DNA of 64,000 bases, taken from sequence record NC_071039.1. One strand, given 5' to 3'. The notes under the pieces were generated by a model. It searched no databases, was not told the DNA's origin, and saw nothing but the letters and a program-made list of their open reading frames with translations. Below are positions 19,229 through 29,840 of the stretch, in pieces. The translations under genes were made by a program, and so were the position numbers. Position 1 is the stretch's first letter. The number at the start of each line of letters is the position of its first letter.

Positions 19229-19936
19229 ATGCAAGCATCTAAGAAAAATAAAAAGGCAACATCGATGGCAAAGTGCGAGTTTTGTAGTAAAGAATTTAAG
19301 TCAGAACGAACAATAGCTGCTCATTTGTGTGTTAAAAAGAAGAGGTTTGCAGAAAAAGACACAGTCGGGTCTAGACTGGGATTTAGGGTATTTCAGCGAT
19401 TCTACGAACTAACTACTTCTTCTAAAACACCTAAATCTTTTAGAGAATTTATTGATAGTAAATTTTATATAGATTTTGTTAAATTTGGAAGACACCTAAT
19501 AGATATTAATCCTATTAACACAGATGAATACATAGATTTCATAATAAAGAACGCTATACCGCTATCTGATTGGAAAAAAGACTATGTATATGTAAGATAT
19601 CTTAAAGAATATACTCAGAAAGAACCTGCACAAAAAGCACTAGAACGAACTATAATCGAGATGGGCACTTGGTGTACTGAAAATAATGTAGATATTGTAG
19701 ATTTTTTTGAAAAAGTTAATACAGTAGAGGCAGTATATCTTATTAAATCAGGAAAGCTTAGTCCGTGGGTATTATATCTGGCATCTTCTTCTGATAAATT
19801 GTGGGTTAGAATAAATGAAGAACAAGAAAAATTTATTCAAACTGCTGTAGATTTTGATTGGTGGCAAAAGAAATTTATTGCAAATAAGGATGATGTTGAC
19901 TTTATAGTGTCTGTATTGACAGAGGCTAAGTTGTAA
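19229..19936 (+). CDS. Zn-finger-containing conserved protein
   Basis: CEFCSKEFKSERTIAAHLC near N-terminus. Confidence 0.6.
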   Translation: MQASKKNKKATSMAKCEFCSKEFKSERTIAAHLCVKKKRFAEKDTVGSRLGFRVFQRFYELTTSSKTPKSFREFIDSKFYIDFVKFGRHLIDINPINTDEYIDFIIKNAIPLSDWKKDYVYVRYLKEYTQKEPAQKALERTIIEMGTWCTENNVDIVDFFEKVNTVEAVYLIKSGKLSPWVLYLASSSDKLWVRINEEQEKFIQTAVDFDWWQKKFIANKDDVDFIVSVLTEAKL

Positions 19937-19937
19937 T

Positions 19938-20540
19938 ATGGCAAAAGTGGTTACTGATGTTGATATTGACGTAGCAGATAGGTTAACAGTTTTGTCTGGA
20001 CTACAACACATATCTGCTAAATTAGACGGAGTGGGAAAGAAACATTTATCTGGTGTATATTTTCAACCTATTCCGTTTGATCCGGAACAAAATATGAGCA
20101 ACATAGATTATAAAGTTGCAGAAGAATTAGGTTACATGAAGATTGATCTTCTTAACGTGAGTATATACGAACAAGTTAGATCGGAGGAACATCTAAAGAA
20201 ATTAATAGATAAAGAACCTAACTGGTCTTATTTTGAACATAAACAGATAGTTCAAAATTTATTTCATTTAGGAAATTATGCTGATTTGGCAGTAGGAATG
20301 AAACCGAAAAGTGTAGAACAGTTAGCAATGTTGCTGGCTGTTATACGTCCGAGTAAGTATCATTTACAATATAAACCTTGGGATATTATTGCCAAAACTG
20401 TGTGGGATAAGCCCAGCGACGGGTCATATCATTTTAAAAAAGCACATGCCATTAGTTATGCACTTGCAATTGTTGTTCAGTTGAATTTATTAGAAGAAGA
20501 AGCAGAACAAGAACCCGATCCATTTAAGTTATTTTCCTGA
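19938..20540 (+). CDS. DNA polymerase III alpha (DnaE)-like catalytic fragment (C-proximal piece)
   Basis: TDVDID (PDxDxD), KHLSGV, GYMKIDLL (third Asp), IRP, YHFKKAHAISYA. Confidence 0.8.
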   Translation: MAKVVTDVDIDVADRLTVLSGLQHISAKLDGVGKKHLSGVYFQPIPFDPEQNMSNIDYKVAEELGYMKIDLLNVSIYEQVRSEEHLKKLIDKEPNWSYFEHKQIVQNLFHLGNYADLAVGMKPKSVEQLAMLLAVIRPSKYHLQYKPWDIIAKTVWDKPSDGSYHFKKAHAISYALAIVVQLNLLEEEAEQEPDPFKLFS

Positions 20541-20922
20541 TTAAAGATACTTGTCGTCTTTTTATTCTCTTTTTGAGCATATTGTTAAGAGAAGTACATG
20601 GTCCGAAAACTATTTTTATATCTTTGTTTACTAGGGTTTTTAGGCAATATCTAAATTCTGCCATTTCGTTTGGCATGAATATATTTATTGGTAATATCCT
20701 AGAAGATTCCCACCACCAACAGTCACCACATTGAAGAAATATATCTTTGTGTTGACTGTTTTTTAATGATTTAAAATCATAAAAACTTATATATTTGTCA
20801 TCCGAGTTTTGAATAATTCCTATATAAAAATTTTCTAAGTGTTGTATGCCACTTAAAAATGGAAATTTTTCAGATAATTCTGCTAACTCTTGATCTATTG
20901 TATTATTATTTGTGTTGTCCAT
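20524..20922 (-). CDS. Late hypothetical protein
   Basis: 132 aa; ATAAATA on minus strand at 20942-20948. Confidence 0.6.
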   Translation of the reverse strand: MDNTNNNTIDQELAELSEKFPFLSGIQHLENFYIGIIQNSDDKYISFYDFKSLKNSQHKDIFLQCGDCWWWESSRILPINIFMPNEMAEFRYCLKTLVNKDIKIVFGPCTSLNNMLKKRIKRRQVSLIRKIT

Positions 20923-20941
20923 GATTTTCTTCTCTCTGTAT

Positions 20942-20979
20942 TATTTATTCCTTTAACACTAACCGTTTTAATATAAATA
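20942..20979. promoter_or_regulatory. Divergent pair of late promoters
   Basis: Minus-strand ATAAATA 20942-20948; plus-strand TATAAATA 20972-20979 (T4 late consensus). Confidence 0.7.
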
Positions 20980-20984
20980 CGTGT

Positions 20985-21854
20985 ATGACATTCCATACAT
21001 TATATAAATATGATAATTTTGTAGAACTGTTATATGATAACGGTATACTTTCTTGCAATTGTAAATTATTGGATAATAGACCTATGCATTCACAAACAAT
21101 AAAACTATACAAAGGTGTAGATAATCAAGTAAAATTTAGGGTTTATAATCCTGATAGACGATTAGTAAATATTCATGGACTTTCTGTGTTTGCTAGTTTA
21201 ATTAATACAGAAAATAAAGAACGAGTGCTAGTAAAACAGTGTGATATATATGAGCAGTCTCCTGGCATTTTTATATTGTCTATATTAGAAGGAGATCTAA
21301 TAAATGTGCCTAATGGATATTACACTTTGAGTATAATAGGACAAGAAGAATTTATTCCCGGCATATCTAATATAGACGGACTCCCTGTAATTAGTACGCC
21401 GTTTTATACAAATACATCATCTGATATACAACTGTATGCAGAAGTTAGAGATAGCTTAGAAAAGGCGCCCATAGACACTATAGTTGCTACTGAATGGCGA
21501 AAAGTAATAAACACTGATTATACTTTTAATTATTACAATGCAGGTCCATTTCCATCTAATAGAGTAAAAAATTATAGATCGGGCGTGCATACTATTGCAA
21601 TATATGCAGAAAATTTCACAGGTAAATTTGAAGTATATGGTACATTAGACCAAATTCCTTCGCTAGAAGATGAATTTAGTTCTTGGTTTCCGATTAATTT
21701 AAGATCTATGTTTGATTATATTCAGTTTAATAATTTCACTGGAATAATGCCATATACTTTTCAAGCAAATGTTCTTTGGTTAAAATTCCGTTGGTATCCG
21801 GATTCGACAATCCCAAACAATGGAGAAATTTCTAAAGTAATGTTAAGAAGTTAA
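20985..21854 (+). CDS. Virion protein, BppU-like N-terminal Ig-type region
   Basis: IKLYKGVDNQVKFRV...G.Y.LSI pattern; late promoter. Confidence 0.45.
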   Translation: MTFHTLYKYDNFVELLYDNGILSCNCKLLDNRPMHSQTIKLYKGVDNQVKFRVYNPDRRLVNIHGLSVFASLINTENKERVLVKQCDIYEQSPGIFILSILEGDLINVPNGYYTLSIIGQEEFIPGISNIDGLPVISTPFYTNTSSDIQLYAEVRDSLEKAPIDTIVATEWRKVINTDYTFNYYNAGPFPSNRVKNYRSGVHTIAIYAENFTGKFEVYGTLDQIPSLEDEFSSWFPINLRSMFDYIQFNNFTGIMPYTFQANVLWLKFRWYPDSTIPNNGEISKVMLRS

Positions 21855-21883
21855 TTGACAACGAAAAACGTGCATGCTATAAT
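21855..21883 (+). promoter_or_regulatory. Consensus sigma70 promoter (extended -10) for primase
   Basis: TTGACA 21855-21860, 17 bp, TG-c-TATAAT 21878-21883. Confidence 0.85.
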
Positions 21884-21889
21884 GTGCGC

Positions 21890-22912
21890 GTGATTAGCGA
21901 ACTTTTAAAACAAGAAATAACTTCTAGACTTCCGTATTTAAAGCCAGGAAACAAAGGATGGTTAGTTTGTAATTGTCCTTTGTGTGTCGCTATGGGTACA
22001 ACTGCCGATAAGCGAAAACGGTTCGGTGTTATGTTTGAATCGGATGGAACAATAGGGGTCCATTGCTTTAACTGTACATTTGTAACAAAATGGACTCCGG
22101 GGGCTCTGATAGGAGAGAAAATAGAGTTCCTTCTACGACATATAGGTACATCCGATGATGATATTCGTAAACTCAAATTCCAGGCATTTAGAGAGAAAGA
22201 AGCAGGAGATATATTTAAAACTCCCGAACTAGAATTAAGTATTAAAACTAATTGGACTACTACTAGTCTTCCTAAAAATTCTAAACCTATATTAGAATGG
22301 TTAGAAATATCTCCCAATGATCCCAATCTTCTTAAATGTGCAATGTATGCCTTATCTAGAGGATTTCCGGATATGTCTAATATATACTGGTCCCCCTCTC
22401 AGAAATTTTTATGGAATAAACGAATAATACTTCCGTTCACATATAATGGAAAAGTTGTAGGATATTGCGGAAGATATTTTGAAGAACAACCAAATGAATT
22501 AGAAATAAGAAGATATGAAAATAGATTCCCTGAACATTTTGTGTATGGGTTAGATTCCCAAAGATCCTACAATAGAAAATATGTTATACTAACGGAAGGA
22601 GTAATAGATGCTATAATGGTAGATGGAGTATCTACTATGGGTTCTGTAAGTAAACATCAAGCAAATATAATAAACTCGCTAGGCAAAGAAATAATAGTAT
22701 TGCCTGATTTTGATAGTAACGGCAGTCATTTAGTAGATTCTGCTTTAGAATATAACTGGTATGTATCATTTCCTAATTGGGATAATAATATAAAAGATGC
22801 TAGCGAAGCATCCCAAAAATATGGAAGATTACTTACAGTTCAGAGTATTATATACGGTATCGAACGGAATTCTACTGCCATACGAATTAAAAGAAAAATA
22901 AAAGGAATATAG
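21890..22912 (+). CDS. DNA primase (gp61-like)
   Basis: Zn motif CPLC...HCFNC; TOPRIM TEGVIDA and PDFD. Confidence 0.85.
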   Translation: MISELLKQEITSRLPYLKPGNKGWLVCNCPLCVAMGTTADKRKRFGVMFESDGTIGVHCFNCTFVTKWTPGALIGEKIEFLLRHIGTSDDDIRKLKFQAFREKEAGDIFKTPELELSIKTNWTTTSLPKNSKPILEWLEISPNDPNLLKCAMYALSRGFPDMSNIYWSPSQKFLWNKRIILPFTYNGKVVGYCGRYFEEQPNELEIRRYENRFPEHFVYGLDSQRSYNRKYVILTEGVIDAIMVDGVSTMGSVSKHQANIINSLGKEIIVLPDFDSNGSHLVDSALEYNWYVSFPNWDNNIKDASEASQKYGRLLTVQSIIYGIERNSTAIRIKRKIKGI

Positions 22913-22913
22913 T

Positions 22914-24353
22914 GTGAAACAAAACAAAGACGTAGTAAAGGATTATAATACTGGCGTAGAAGATTTGTTTATAAAATTTTTCTTAACTGACCCAGAATTG
23001 TTTATTAGATGCCGATCTATAATACAACGAGACCACTATTCGGATAAGATTAACCAAAAAGTTATAGATTTTCTAAATGAACATGCAGATAAACATAGTA
23101 CTCTTCCTACTGTAGAACAAGTATCTGCCATAACAGGAAAATCATTTGAGTTATTAGATAACATACATGATAGCCACAAAAATTGGTTTTTGGAAGAATA
23201 CGAAACATTTGCTAGGCATAAACAACTAGAGAATGTAATATTAGAGTCTCCTGATTTATTAGTTACTGGTCGGTACGGAGAAGTTGAACAAAAAGTTAAG
23301 AATGCAGTTTCTATTGCATTAGTTAAAGATTTAGGTACTGATTATTTTGGAGATCCACTGTCTAGACTTAATGCCATTAAAGACAGAAAATCGTTAGTGT
23401 CGACTGGCATGAAAGATTTAGATGCAAAACTGTACGGTGGTTTTGAACGAGGCGCCCTAAATATTTTTGCAGGACAATCGGGCGCCGGCAAATCTATATT
23501 CCTACAAAATATAGGATTAAATTGGGCTATAGCAGGACTTAACGTAGTTTACCTTAGTTTAGAATTAAGCGAAAACTTATGTTCTATGCGCATAGATTCT
23601 ATGAACACAGGTATTGATACAAAAGAAGTTTTACGCAGGGTAGATGACGTAGCTATAAAAGTTATTGAATCTAAAAAGAAAACTAAAGGCTCCCTTCGAA
23701 TTAAGCAATTACCTAACGGTTGTACAGCCAACGATATACGTTCTTATATAAAAGAGTACGAAATTCAAACAGGATTAAAAGTAGATGCAATAATGTTAGA
23801 CTATTTGGATTTGTGTATGCCCATAAGTAAAAAGGTAAGTCCATCGGATCTGTTTGTCAAAGACAAATACGTTTCTGAAGAATTAAGGAACTTAGCAGTC
23901 GAGCTTCAAATTCTATTAGTCACTGCATCGCAGTTAAACAGAAATTCACACGAATCTGTAGATTTTGGACATGAACACATTTCTGGGGGTATTTCTAAGA
24001 TTAATACTGCCGATAATGTAATAGCTATTTTTACAACGCAAGCTATGAGAGAAAATGGAAGATATCAAATTCAATTTCTTAAAACACGTTCGTCGTCGGG
24101 CGTCGGGCAGAAAGTAGATCTTGCGTTTGATCAAAGAACACTAAGATTATCTGATTTAGATCCAGAACAAGCTAGCGCATTATCTGAGAATACAAGGAGT
24201 GTTATTGATAAACTCCGCGCAGATAGGTCATTAGACACACCTAATAATAAAGATACTCATGTACAAAAGACACCTGCTATTGAACAAAAACCGGTAGAAT
24301 CTATGGTAGAAAAAAGTGCCCGGCTTCGTAATCTACTTAGCGGCAACAGATAA
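22914..24353 (+). CDS. Replicative helicase (gp41/DnaB-like)
   Basis: FAGQSGAGKS, LELSE, LDYLDL, TASQLNR, SGGISK. Confidence 0.92.
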   Translation: MKQNKDVVKDYNTGVEDLFIKFFLTDPELFIRCRSIIQRDHYSDKINQKVIDFLNEHADKHSTLPTVEQVSAITGKSFELLDNIHDSHKNWFLEEYETFARHKQLENVILESPDLLVTGRYGEVEQKVKNAVSIALVKDLGTDYFGDPLSRLNAIKDRKSLVSTGMKDLDAKLYGGFERGALNIFAGQSGAGKSIFLQNIGLNWAIAGLNVVYLSLELSENLCSMRIDSMNTGIDTKEVLRRVDDVAIKVIESKKKTKGSLRIKQLPNGCTANDIRSYIKEYEIQTGLKVDAIMLDYLDLCMPISKKVSPSDLFVKDKYVSEELRNLAVELQILLVTASQLNRNSHESVDFGHEHISGGISKINTADNVIAIFTTQAMRENGRYQIQFLKTRSSSGVGQKVDLAFDQRTLRLSDLDPEQASALSENTRSVIDKLRADRSLDTPNNKDTHVQKTPAIEQKPVESMVEKSARLRNLLSGNR

Positions 24354-24393
24354 TAGTAATAGTAGATAAATATAACGAATAGGGGATACTGAT

Positions 24394-24633
24394 GTGAGTA
24401 CTAGACGTAGTATTTTAGAAGAACTTAATAATTATGTTCCTTCTAAGAGCAAAGAAGAATTGATAGAATATAGAGCAGAACATATAATACAATCTGCAAT
24501 TCATCTAATTGAGTATATCGAATCTAATTACTCTGATGCAGACGCAGAGCAATTAGAAAAAAAATTACTTAGTAGTATCAAATACAAGGATGCTAAACGA
24601 TTTAGTAAGTCAGTGAGAAAACTTAAGGAATAA
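24394..24633 (+). CDS. Late hypothetical protein
   Basis: 79 aa; ATAAATA 24366-24372, SD GGGG. Confidence 0.6.
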   Translation: MSTRRSILEELNNYVPSKSKEELIEYRAEHIIQSAIHLIEYIESNYSDADAEQLEKKLLSSIKYKDAKRFSKSVRKLKE

Positions 24634-24635
24634 TA

Positions 24636-25247
24636 ATGAAAAAAGTATTCGAAGCTAGTACATTTGACGATTTCATTGGGTTAAACAGTCCGGTAGCACA
24701 ACAGAGCAGCTATATGCATGAAGCGCCGGATGCATCTGATGCAGAATCTTCTTCTAAAAAGAAGATAGCTTCTAAACAACCTAATAAAAAAGCGCCTACT
24801 AAACGTACTACTAAAGAAGTCGTTAAACAATTTGTTAAAAAAGCAAGTGAAGACAATGCAAAAGTGGGTCCAGAAAAAAAAGAAACTGATCCAGAATATG
24901 TAAAGCAGTTTCTTATAGGTTTAGGATATCCGGAACAGCAGGTGCAAGATATAATTCAAGGTAAATTAAAAGTCCAAACAAAAATACCTGAAATTATTCC
25001 AGATACACAAAAACTAGAAACAAAACCTGAACAACCTAAACAAACACAACGACCTGCGCCCGCTCGCGCTCCTGAGCCAAGACCTGACATAGCAGGCGAA
25101 CTTAACTCCTACACTAAAGCTAATACATTTGAATTGACTCCAGAACAACAGGAAGACATGGAGCGTATTCAAAGATTTGTAACATCAGGTGTGTTAAATA
25201 AAAGACAACTTCTTACGCTAATACGAGAATTAGAAAACGATGACTAA
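24636..25247 (+). CDS. Hypothetical low-complexity protein (internal-head-like)
   Basis: 203 aa, K/E/P/Q-rich. Confidence 0.5.
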   Translation: MKKVFEASTFDDFIGLNSPVAQQSSYMHEAPDASDAESSSKKKIASKQPNKKAPTKRTTKEVVKQFVKKASEDNAKVGPEKKETDPEYVKQFLIGLGYPEQQVQDIIQGKLKVQTKIPEIIPDTQKLETKPEQPKQTQRPAPARAPEPRPDIAGELNSYTKANTFELTPEQQEDMERIQRFVTSGVLNKRQLLTLIRELENDD

Positions 25248-26439
25248 TAAAACTTTTAAAAGATTTTTATCTACAGAAAAATCTAAACAGGAATTAAAAG
25301 ATCTAAACCGTCTCTATGAATCTGTGCGTAACGATATTTCGGAGTTTACTACAATCATAGAGGCATTTATTTCGCCAGGAGAAATAGTAAATATATTCAA
25401 CATTGCTTCTAAGAAAAGAGGATCTGGTAAAGGATTTTTAGGATCCTTTACTTCTGATAACAGAAGTGCATCAAATGCTGCCAATCAAGTTAAACAGCGA
25501 ATAGAGCCTGTAATAGACCAAATATATGATCAGGCAGAACAAACTGAAATATCACATGAAGTTCAGTCAGATGATAAAGAAACTGCCGAAGAAGCTCAGC
25601 GTAAACTTAATAAACAGGCAATAAAAGATAAAGTAGATATAAAGACTGCATTATCTGGCCAAAGACGAGCAGCAGATGTTAATAAAATGGTAGATTATTT
25701 AATGAGACAGCTATCTAATTCTGCCGCCGCTGCATTTATATCATCTACTTTATCTGCCGCCGCAGAATCTGCTAAAAAAGGAACAGTAGCAAATGAAATA
25801 TTTGCTATGTTATCATTTGCATTAGATAAAGTCAATAAAGAATTAGATGATACTTCCTCTACAAATGAATCTATTATAAACGAAGGACCATTGGATTTTT
25901 TATCGAGGGCTTGGTCTAGAGTCACAGACACTATCGGCAATTCAAATGTAGGACAAAATGCATCTAATAAGATAGATGTATTAAAGGGACAATTAGGTCT
26001 AAATGGCGGTCGCGGCGAAGTTGATGCAGATATACTAAAACGAGTATGGAAGAATAAATATCACGGTTCTACTGATAGTGCAGATATAGAGCAAATTCTC
26101 AAAGATTTTAAATTTAGTGATAGAGAAATCAAAAATATATTCAAAGAAGCAGGAATTACAAAAGAAGAAGATTATAATGAAGAATTGGTTAGGGTAGCAT
26201 CTCTTATTAAGAAAGCAGGGTTGCGAGCGCCCGTACTATCGTGGCTAAAAAGAAACCAATCTAGATTGTATAAACTTCTTCCTGAAAGTATCGAATCTCC
26301 TATAATGGAAAAGTCTACTTTATCTGACAAAGATGTTTTAGATATTATTACTCAATTAACTTCTGAGACTGAACATCGAGATACCAATGAACTCGATCCA
26401 GATAATGAATCTAAACAGTTAAATAGAAAACATCGGTAA
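25240..26439 (+). CDS. Hypothetical helical protein (internal-head-like)
   Basis: 399 aa. Confidence 0.5.
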   Translation: MTNKTFKRFLSTEKSKQELKDLNRLYESVRNDISEFTTIIEAFISPGEIVNIFNIASKKRGSGKGFLGSFTSDNRSASNAANQVKQRIEPVIDQIYDQAEQTEISHEVQSDDKETAEEAQRKLNKQAIKDKVDIKTALSGQRRAADVNKMVDYLMRQLSNSAAAAFISSTLSAAAESAKKGTVANEIFAMLSFALDKVNKELDDTSSTNESIINEGPLDFLSRAWSRVTDTIGNSNVGQNASNKIDVLKGQLGLNGGRGEVDADILKRVWKNKYHGSTDSADIEQILKDFKFSDREIKNIFKEAGITKEEDYNEELVRVASLIKKAGLRAPVLSWLKRNQSRLYKLLPESIESPIMEKSTLSDKDVLDIITQLTSETEHRDTNELDPDNESKQLNRKHR

Positions 26440-26454
26440 TATTATTTTCTATAA

Positions 26455-26499
26455 AAATCCCGTTACTGCTTGACGCAATAACGGGATTTTTGCTATTAT
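26455..26499 (+). terminator. Bidirectional terminator overlapping a sigma70 promoter
   Basis: AAAATCCCGTTA...TAACGGGATTTT with TTGACG (26470-26475) in the loop and TG-c-TATTAT at 26494-26499. Confidence 0.7.
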
Positions 26500-26523
26500 A
26501 ACTTCGAATAATAAGGTAATAGT

Positions 26524-27864
26524 ATGAATATTGCAGAAATACAAAAACACAAAGGGATTAAACATTTAGATAACTTAACACTCACAGAATTAGTATCATT
26601 TGTTAATTCCATGCATGAAGCTACTATAACAGAAAAAATAGACGGTTACTATTTATGTATGGGGTTAGATAATATAGGTCTATTTACATCCAGGGAAGGT
26701 AAGGGCGGAACTAGAATTTATAATATTTCTGCATTAGAAAAGACATTTAAGAATGTATACCATATAATGGCCCACACCCTGTTAGAACAAAATAAAGACA
26801 TTTTAATTAAAAGTGGATTAACAGTTGGGGATATATATGAAATCGAAGTATTATACGGGAAGATACCTAACGTAATTGAATATGACGGCATCAATCGAAT
26901 TGTATTTTTAAGAAATTTAAACGGCAATTCGTTTGATTGTGTATCTACAGCAATGGATAACATAAGAGATTGTGTTGAGTTGTCTATACCTGTAGTAAAT
27001 GACAATGGTGTAGGTTTTACTGAAGAGACGAATATAACAGAATGGGAATTTTCTAAATTAGAAAGTATAAAACTATCTAATCTTAATCTTCAATTAGATA
27101 CAATTTTAAAAGATATAGTAGACTTTGCTAGTTCTCCTTCTAAAATAGAAGGGATGACTAATTTAAAGTCAATTGAACTTAAAGTGACCAGTAGGTTAAA
27201 TAGCGAGAAGGTTACCGAAGATAGCAAACAACTCATTAAAGATAATAGAGAGTATATTTTCAACAAAACAAAAGAGTTTTCTTCTAAGTTAAAAGAACGT
27301 ATATTAAATGATATATCTTTAAAATCTAATTTCGGTGCTACCTTTGTAGAAGGATATGTAATACGTACACCTAGTATGCAAGTAAAAATTGTAGATAAGA
27401 CTTTATTTACTGAAGTAAATGAATTTTATCATATGTACAGTAATGCACTTTGTAGATTGGCAACGAATGATATTATCTCCGGACAAACTTCTCTATTTAG
27501 TGAAACTTTTATAAAAGTAGGCAAAGTCCTCGGCAATAAAAATCTAGGCACAGTTAGGCGCAAACAAGTAAACATTGATGATAGAATTCTAAATAATATA
27601 GATAAAAATGTAATATTAGGAATACTATCTGAATCTATAAACGAGCTAGACACTTTTACTAAATCTTATTTAAACAGATATAAAGATATGGAAAAAGTGG
27701 TATATAAATCGTATATGAAATATACATTTAGATATAACGATTCTGTTCATACAAAAACATTAGAAGCAATTTCTAATCTTAGGAATAGATTGTATAATGC
27801 GAAAGAAATAGTTAGTAATTCTAGTTCTGTAAAAGAATTATTTAACAAGTTGGCGTCTATATAG
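26524..27864 (+). CDS. ATP-dependent ligase/capping-superfamily nucleotidyltransferase
   Basis: Motif I TEKIDG, EIEVL, IVFL, motif IV VEGYVIR, motif V VKIVDK. Confidence 0.65.
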   Translation: MNIAEIQKHKGIKHLDNLTLTELVSFVNSMHEATITEKIDGYYLCMGLDNIGLFTSREGKGGTRIYNISALEKTFKNVYHIMAHTLLEQNKDILIKSGLTVGDIYEIEVLYGKIPNVIEYDGINRIVFLRNLNGNSFDCVSTAMDNIRDCVELSIPVVNDNGVGFTEETNITEWEFSKLESIKLSNLNLQLDTILKDIVDFASSPSKIEGMTNLKSIELKVTSRLNSEKVTEDSKQLIKDNREYIFNKTKEFSSKLKERILNDISLKSNFGATFVEGYVIRTPSMQVKIVDKTLFTEVNEFYHMYSNALCRLATNDIISGQTSLFSETFIKVGKVLGNKNLGTVRRKQVNIDDRILNNIDKNVILGILSESINELDTFTKSYLNRYKDMEKVVYKSYMKYTFRYNDSVHTKTLEAISNLRNRLYNAKEIVSNSSSVKELFNKLASI

Positions 27865-28884
27865 ATGGCACATTTAAGTAAAACTCAACTATTAAAAAGA
27901 AATAATTGGGATATATTTCTTAATAAAATAGAAAATAGAGAGTATTTTACACTAGTAAATGGTAGTAAAATAAAATTAGGATATAAGTCTACTGTAGCTA
28001 ATTCTAAATTTGTTAAATTTTTACGTTCTTCAGGTTTAGAGAAGTCGCTAGAATCGTTAAAAGATGGGAATAAAATTGTATTCCCGTCCGGTAGCGATAC
28101 TGTAGCCCTTTCTGAAATATTAAAATCTAGTGAATTTGGCGGAAAACCCGGAAGCAAACAGTTATTAGAAAGGCAAGAGCATTCCTTTGTATCTATAATA
28201 AATAATGAAACAAGTAGTTGCCCTGTCACTATTAATGCTAATTTAAAAATAGAAAATGTTACAAATGCATATAAATATAGTGGGAGAAACAGTTTAGGAA
28301 AAGAACCGTACACCGATGTTGTTCTTAATACAGTTAACGGAGCGTGCTACAATATAAGTATGAAAGGTGTTACGTCGCCGTCTATAGCAGGCGGCGGTCT
28401 AGCAGGCATAAACGTAATAGCACCCGGATTTATGAACGAACCGTTGCAATGTGCTATAGAATACTTTAAAAACAAAGGATATAAACAAGGTCACGAATTT
28501 TCTAAAAATGACCCAGCAGATGTATTTTATAAAATTCCAGTTTCTGTTGCTACTAAGATAGTAAAAGGTACAAAAGAAATGGGAGGACCCATAGATTATC
28601 TATACATAGGTCCTATGGATGTAAAATATACTGTTACAGATGATGTAATTACATTTAATGGTAAATTTTTAACTGTTTCTGATTTAATAAATTCGGAAGA
28701 GTTATATATTAGGATCAGGCGCCGGTCAAATGACCAGACACTAACATATATTGATGTAGATACATTTGGTTATCCTAGCTTATTTACTAGTCGATCCGAG
28801 CCTAACAGACGGATAGAAGTTTATAAGAAATCCCAAATGCCAAGGAACGCAACAATAATTAATAAGGGTTTACAATGCGATTAG
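27865..28884 (+). CDS. Putative PD-(D/E)xK restriction-endonuclease-fold protein
   Basis: KSSEFGG, E, PYTDVVL, YNISMKG arrangement. Confidence 0.5.
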   Translation: MAHLSKTQLLKRNNWDIFLNKIENREYFTLVNGSKIKLGYKSTVANSKFVKFLRSSGLEKSLESLKDGNKIVFPSGSDTVALSEILKSSEFGGKPGSKQLLERQEHSFVSIINNETSSCPVTINANLKIENVTNAYKYSGRNSLGKEPYTDVVLNTVNGACYNISMKGVTSPSIAGGGLAGINVIAPGFMNEPLQCAIEYFKNKGYKQGHEFSKNDPADVFYKIPVSVATKIVKGTKEMGGPIDYLYIGPMDVKYTVTDDVITFNGKFLTVSDLINSEELYIRIRRRSNDQTLTYIDVDTFGYPSLFTSRSEPNRRIEVYKKSQMPRNATIINKGLQCD

Positions 28885-29120
28885 ATGAAATACAAAGTAA
28901 AACTCCTGTATCCGATATTACTAAGGATATAGCTTTCGATAAGAGTTTATATCAAAAGGTCATTAAAATAATCAATAAGAGAATTAAATTAGGCGACCTC
29001 GGCGCCAGCGCCGCGAAACGGTCTGTAATAAAACGCTGGAAAACAGGCGATCGCATTGCGCAAGGTTATAATGCAGATTTGAGTAAAATAAATCTATCAA
29101 TATCGGACGTATTAAAATAA
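28875..29120 (+). CDS. Small hypothetical protein
   Basis: 81 aa, N-terminus MRLDEI. Confidence 0.5.
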   Translation: MRLDEIQSKTPVSDITKDIAFDKSLYQKVIKIINKRIKLGDLGASAAKRSVIKRWKTGDRIAQGYNADLSKINLSISDVLK

Positions 29121-29833
29121 TGAGCGGAAATGCATTTGGTCAATTAGAACCGGTGAGCTTATCGGTATTACCAGATATAGTGTTGTCGTTAGAAAGTATT
29201 CTTAGTTTATCTTTATCGAATAACTATTTAGGATCTACTGGAAAATTTCCAGTAACAGGTGATATAGATTTAGCAATAGATAAAGATTATATAACGTTAT
29301 CTGATTTTAAATCTTTATTATTATCTTCGTTTGGTCAAGAAAATGTAATCCAACATGGCGGACAGCCATCTTTCTCTGTTAAATATCAGCACACTGATAC
29401 TAAATATTATCAGGTAGATTTTATGCACGGGGAAGTTAATTGGCTAAAATTATATTATTTTAGAGATGAAAACTCAGCATATAAAGGATCTCATAGAAAT
29501 TTAGCAATTTCTGGAATTTTCCAAACACAATTCTTGGATCCCACTACTGATTATGTTTCTAGATATATATGGTCGCCTGTTAGGGGTATGGTACGAATAA
29601 ATCGATATTACGATACATCTATACCTGATGTTACTATATCGCAAACTACCCATCCTACTTTAATAAAATATGTACTAGGGGCTAATATAAATTCTTTAGA
29701 GGATTTATATAATTTTATTCCGTATTATGAAGGAGATCCAGAAGCGACGTATTCTGCTATAGCAAATAATTTTAAAAATGCTAATATAGTGGACGGTTTT
29801 GTATTTCCTACAGAAATACAAAAATATATTTAG
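29120..29833 (+). CDS. Pol-beta-superfamily nucleotidyltransferase
   Basis: LGSTGK...GDIDLAID and third Asp QVDFM; YKG.HRN. Confidence 0.7.
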   Translation: MSGNAFGQLEPVSLSVLPDIVLSLESILSLSLSNNYLGSTGKFPVTGDIDLAIDKDYITLSDFKSLLLSSFGQENVIQHGGQPSFSVKYQHTDTKYYQVDFMHGEVNWLKLYYFRDENSAYKGSHRNLAISGIFQTQFLDPTTDYVSRYIWSPVRGMVRINRYYDTSIPDVTISQTTHPTLIKYVLGANINSLEDLYNFIPYYEGDPEATYSAIANNFKNANIVDGFVFPTEIQKYI

Positions 29834-29840
29834 GATTTTT

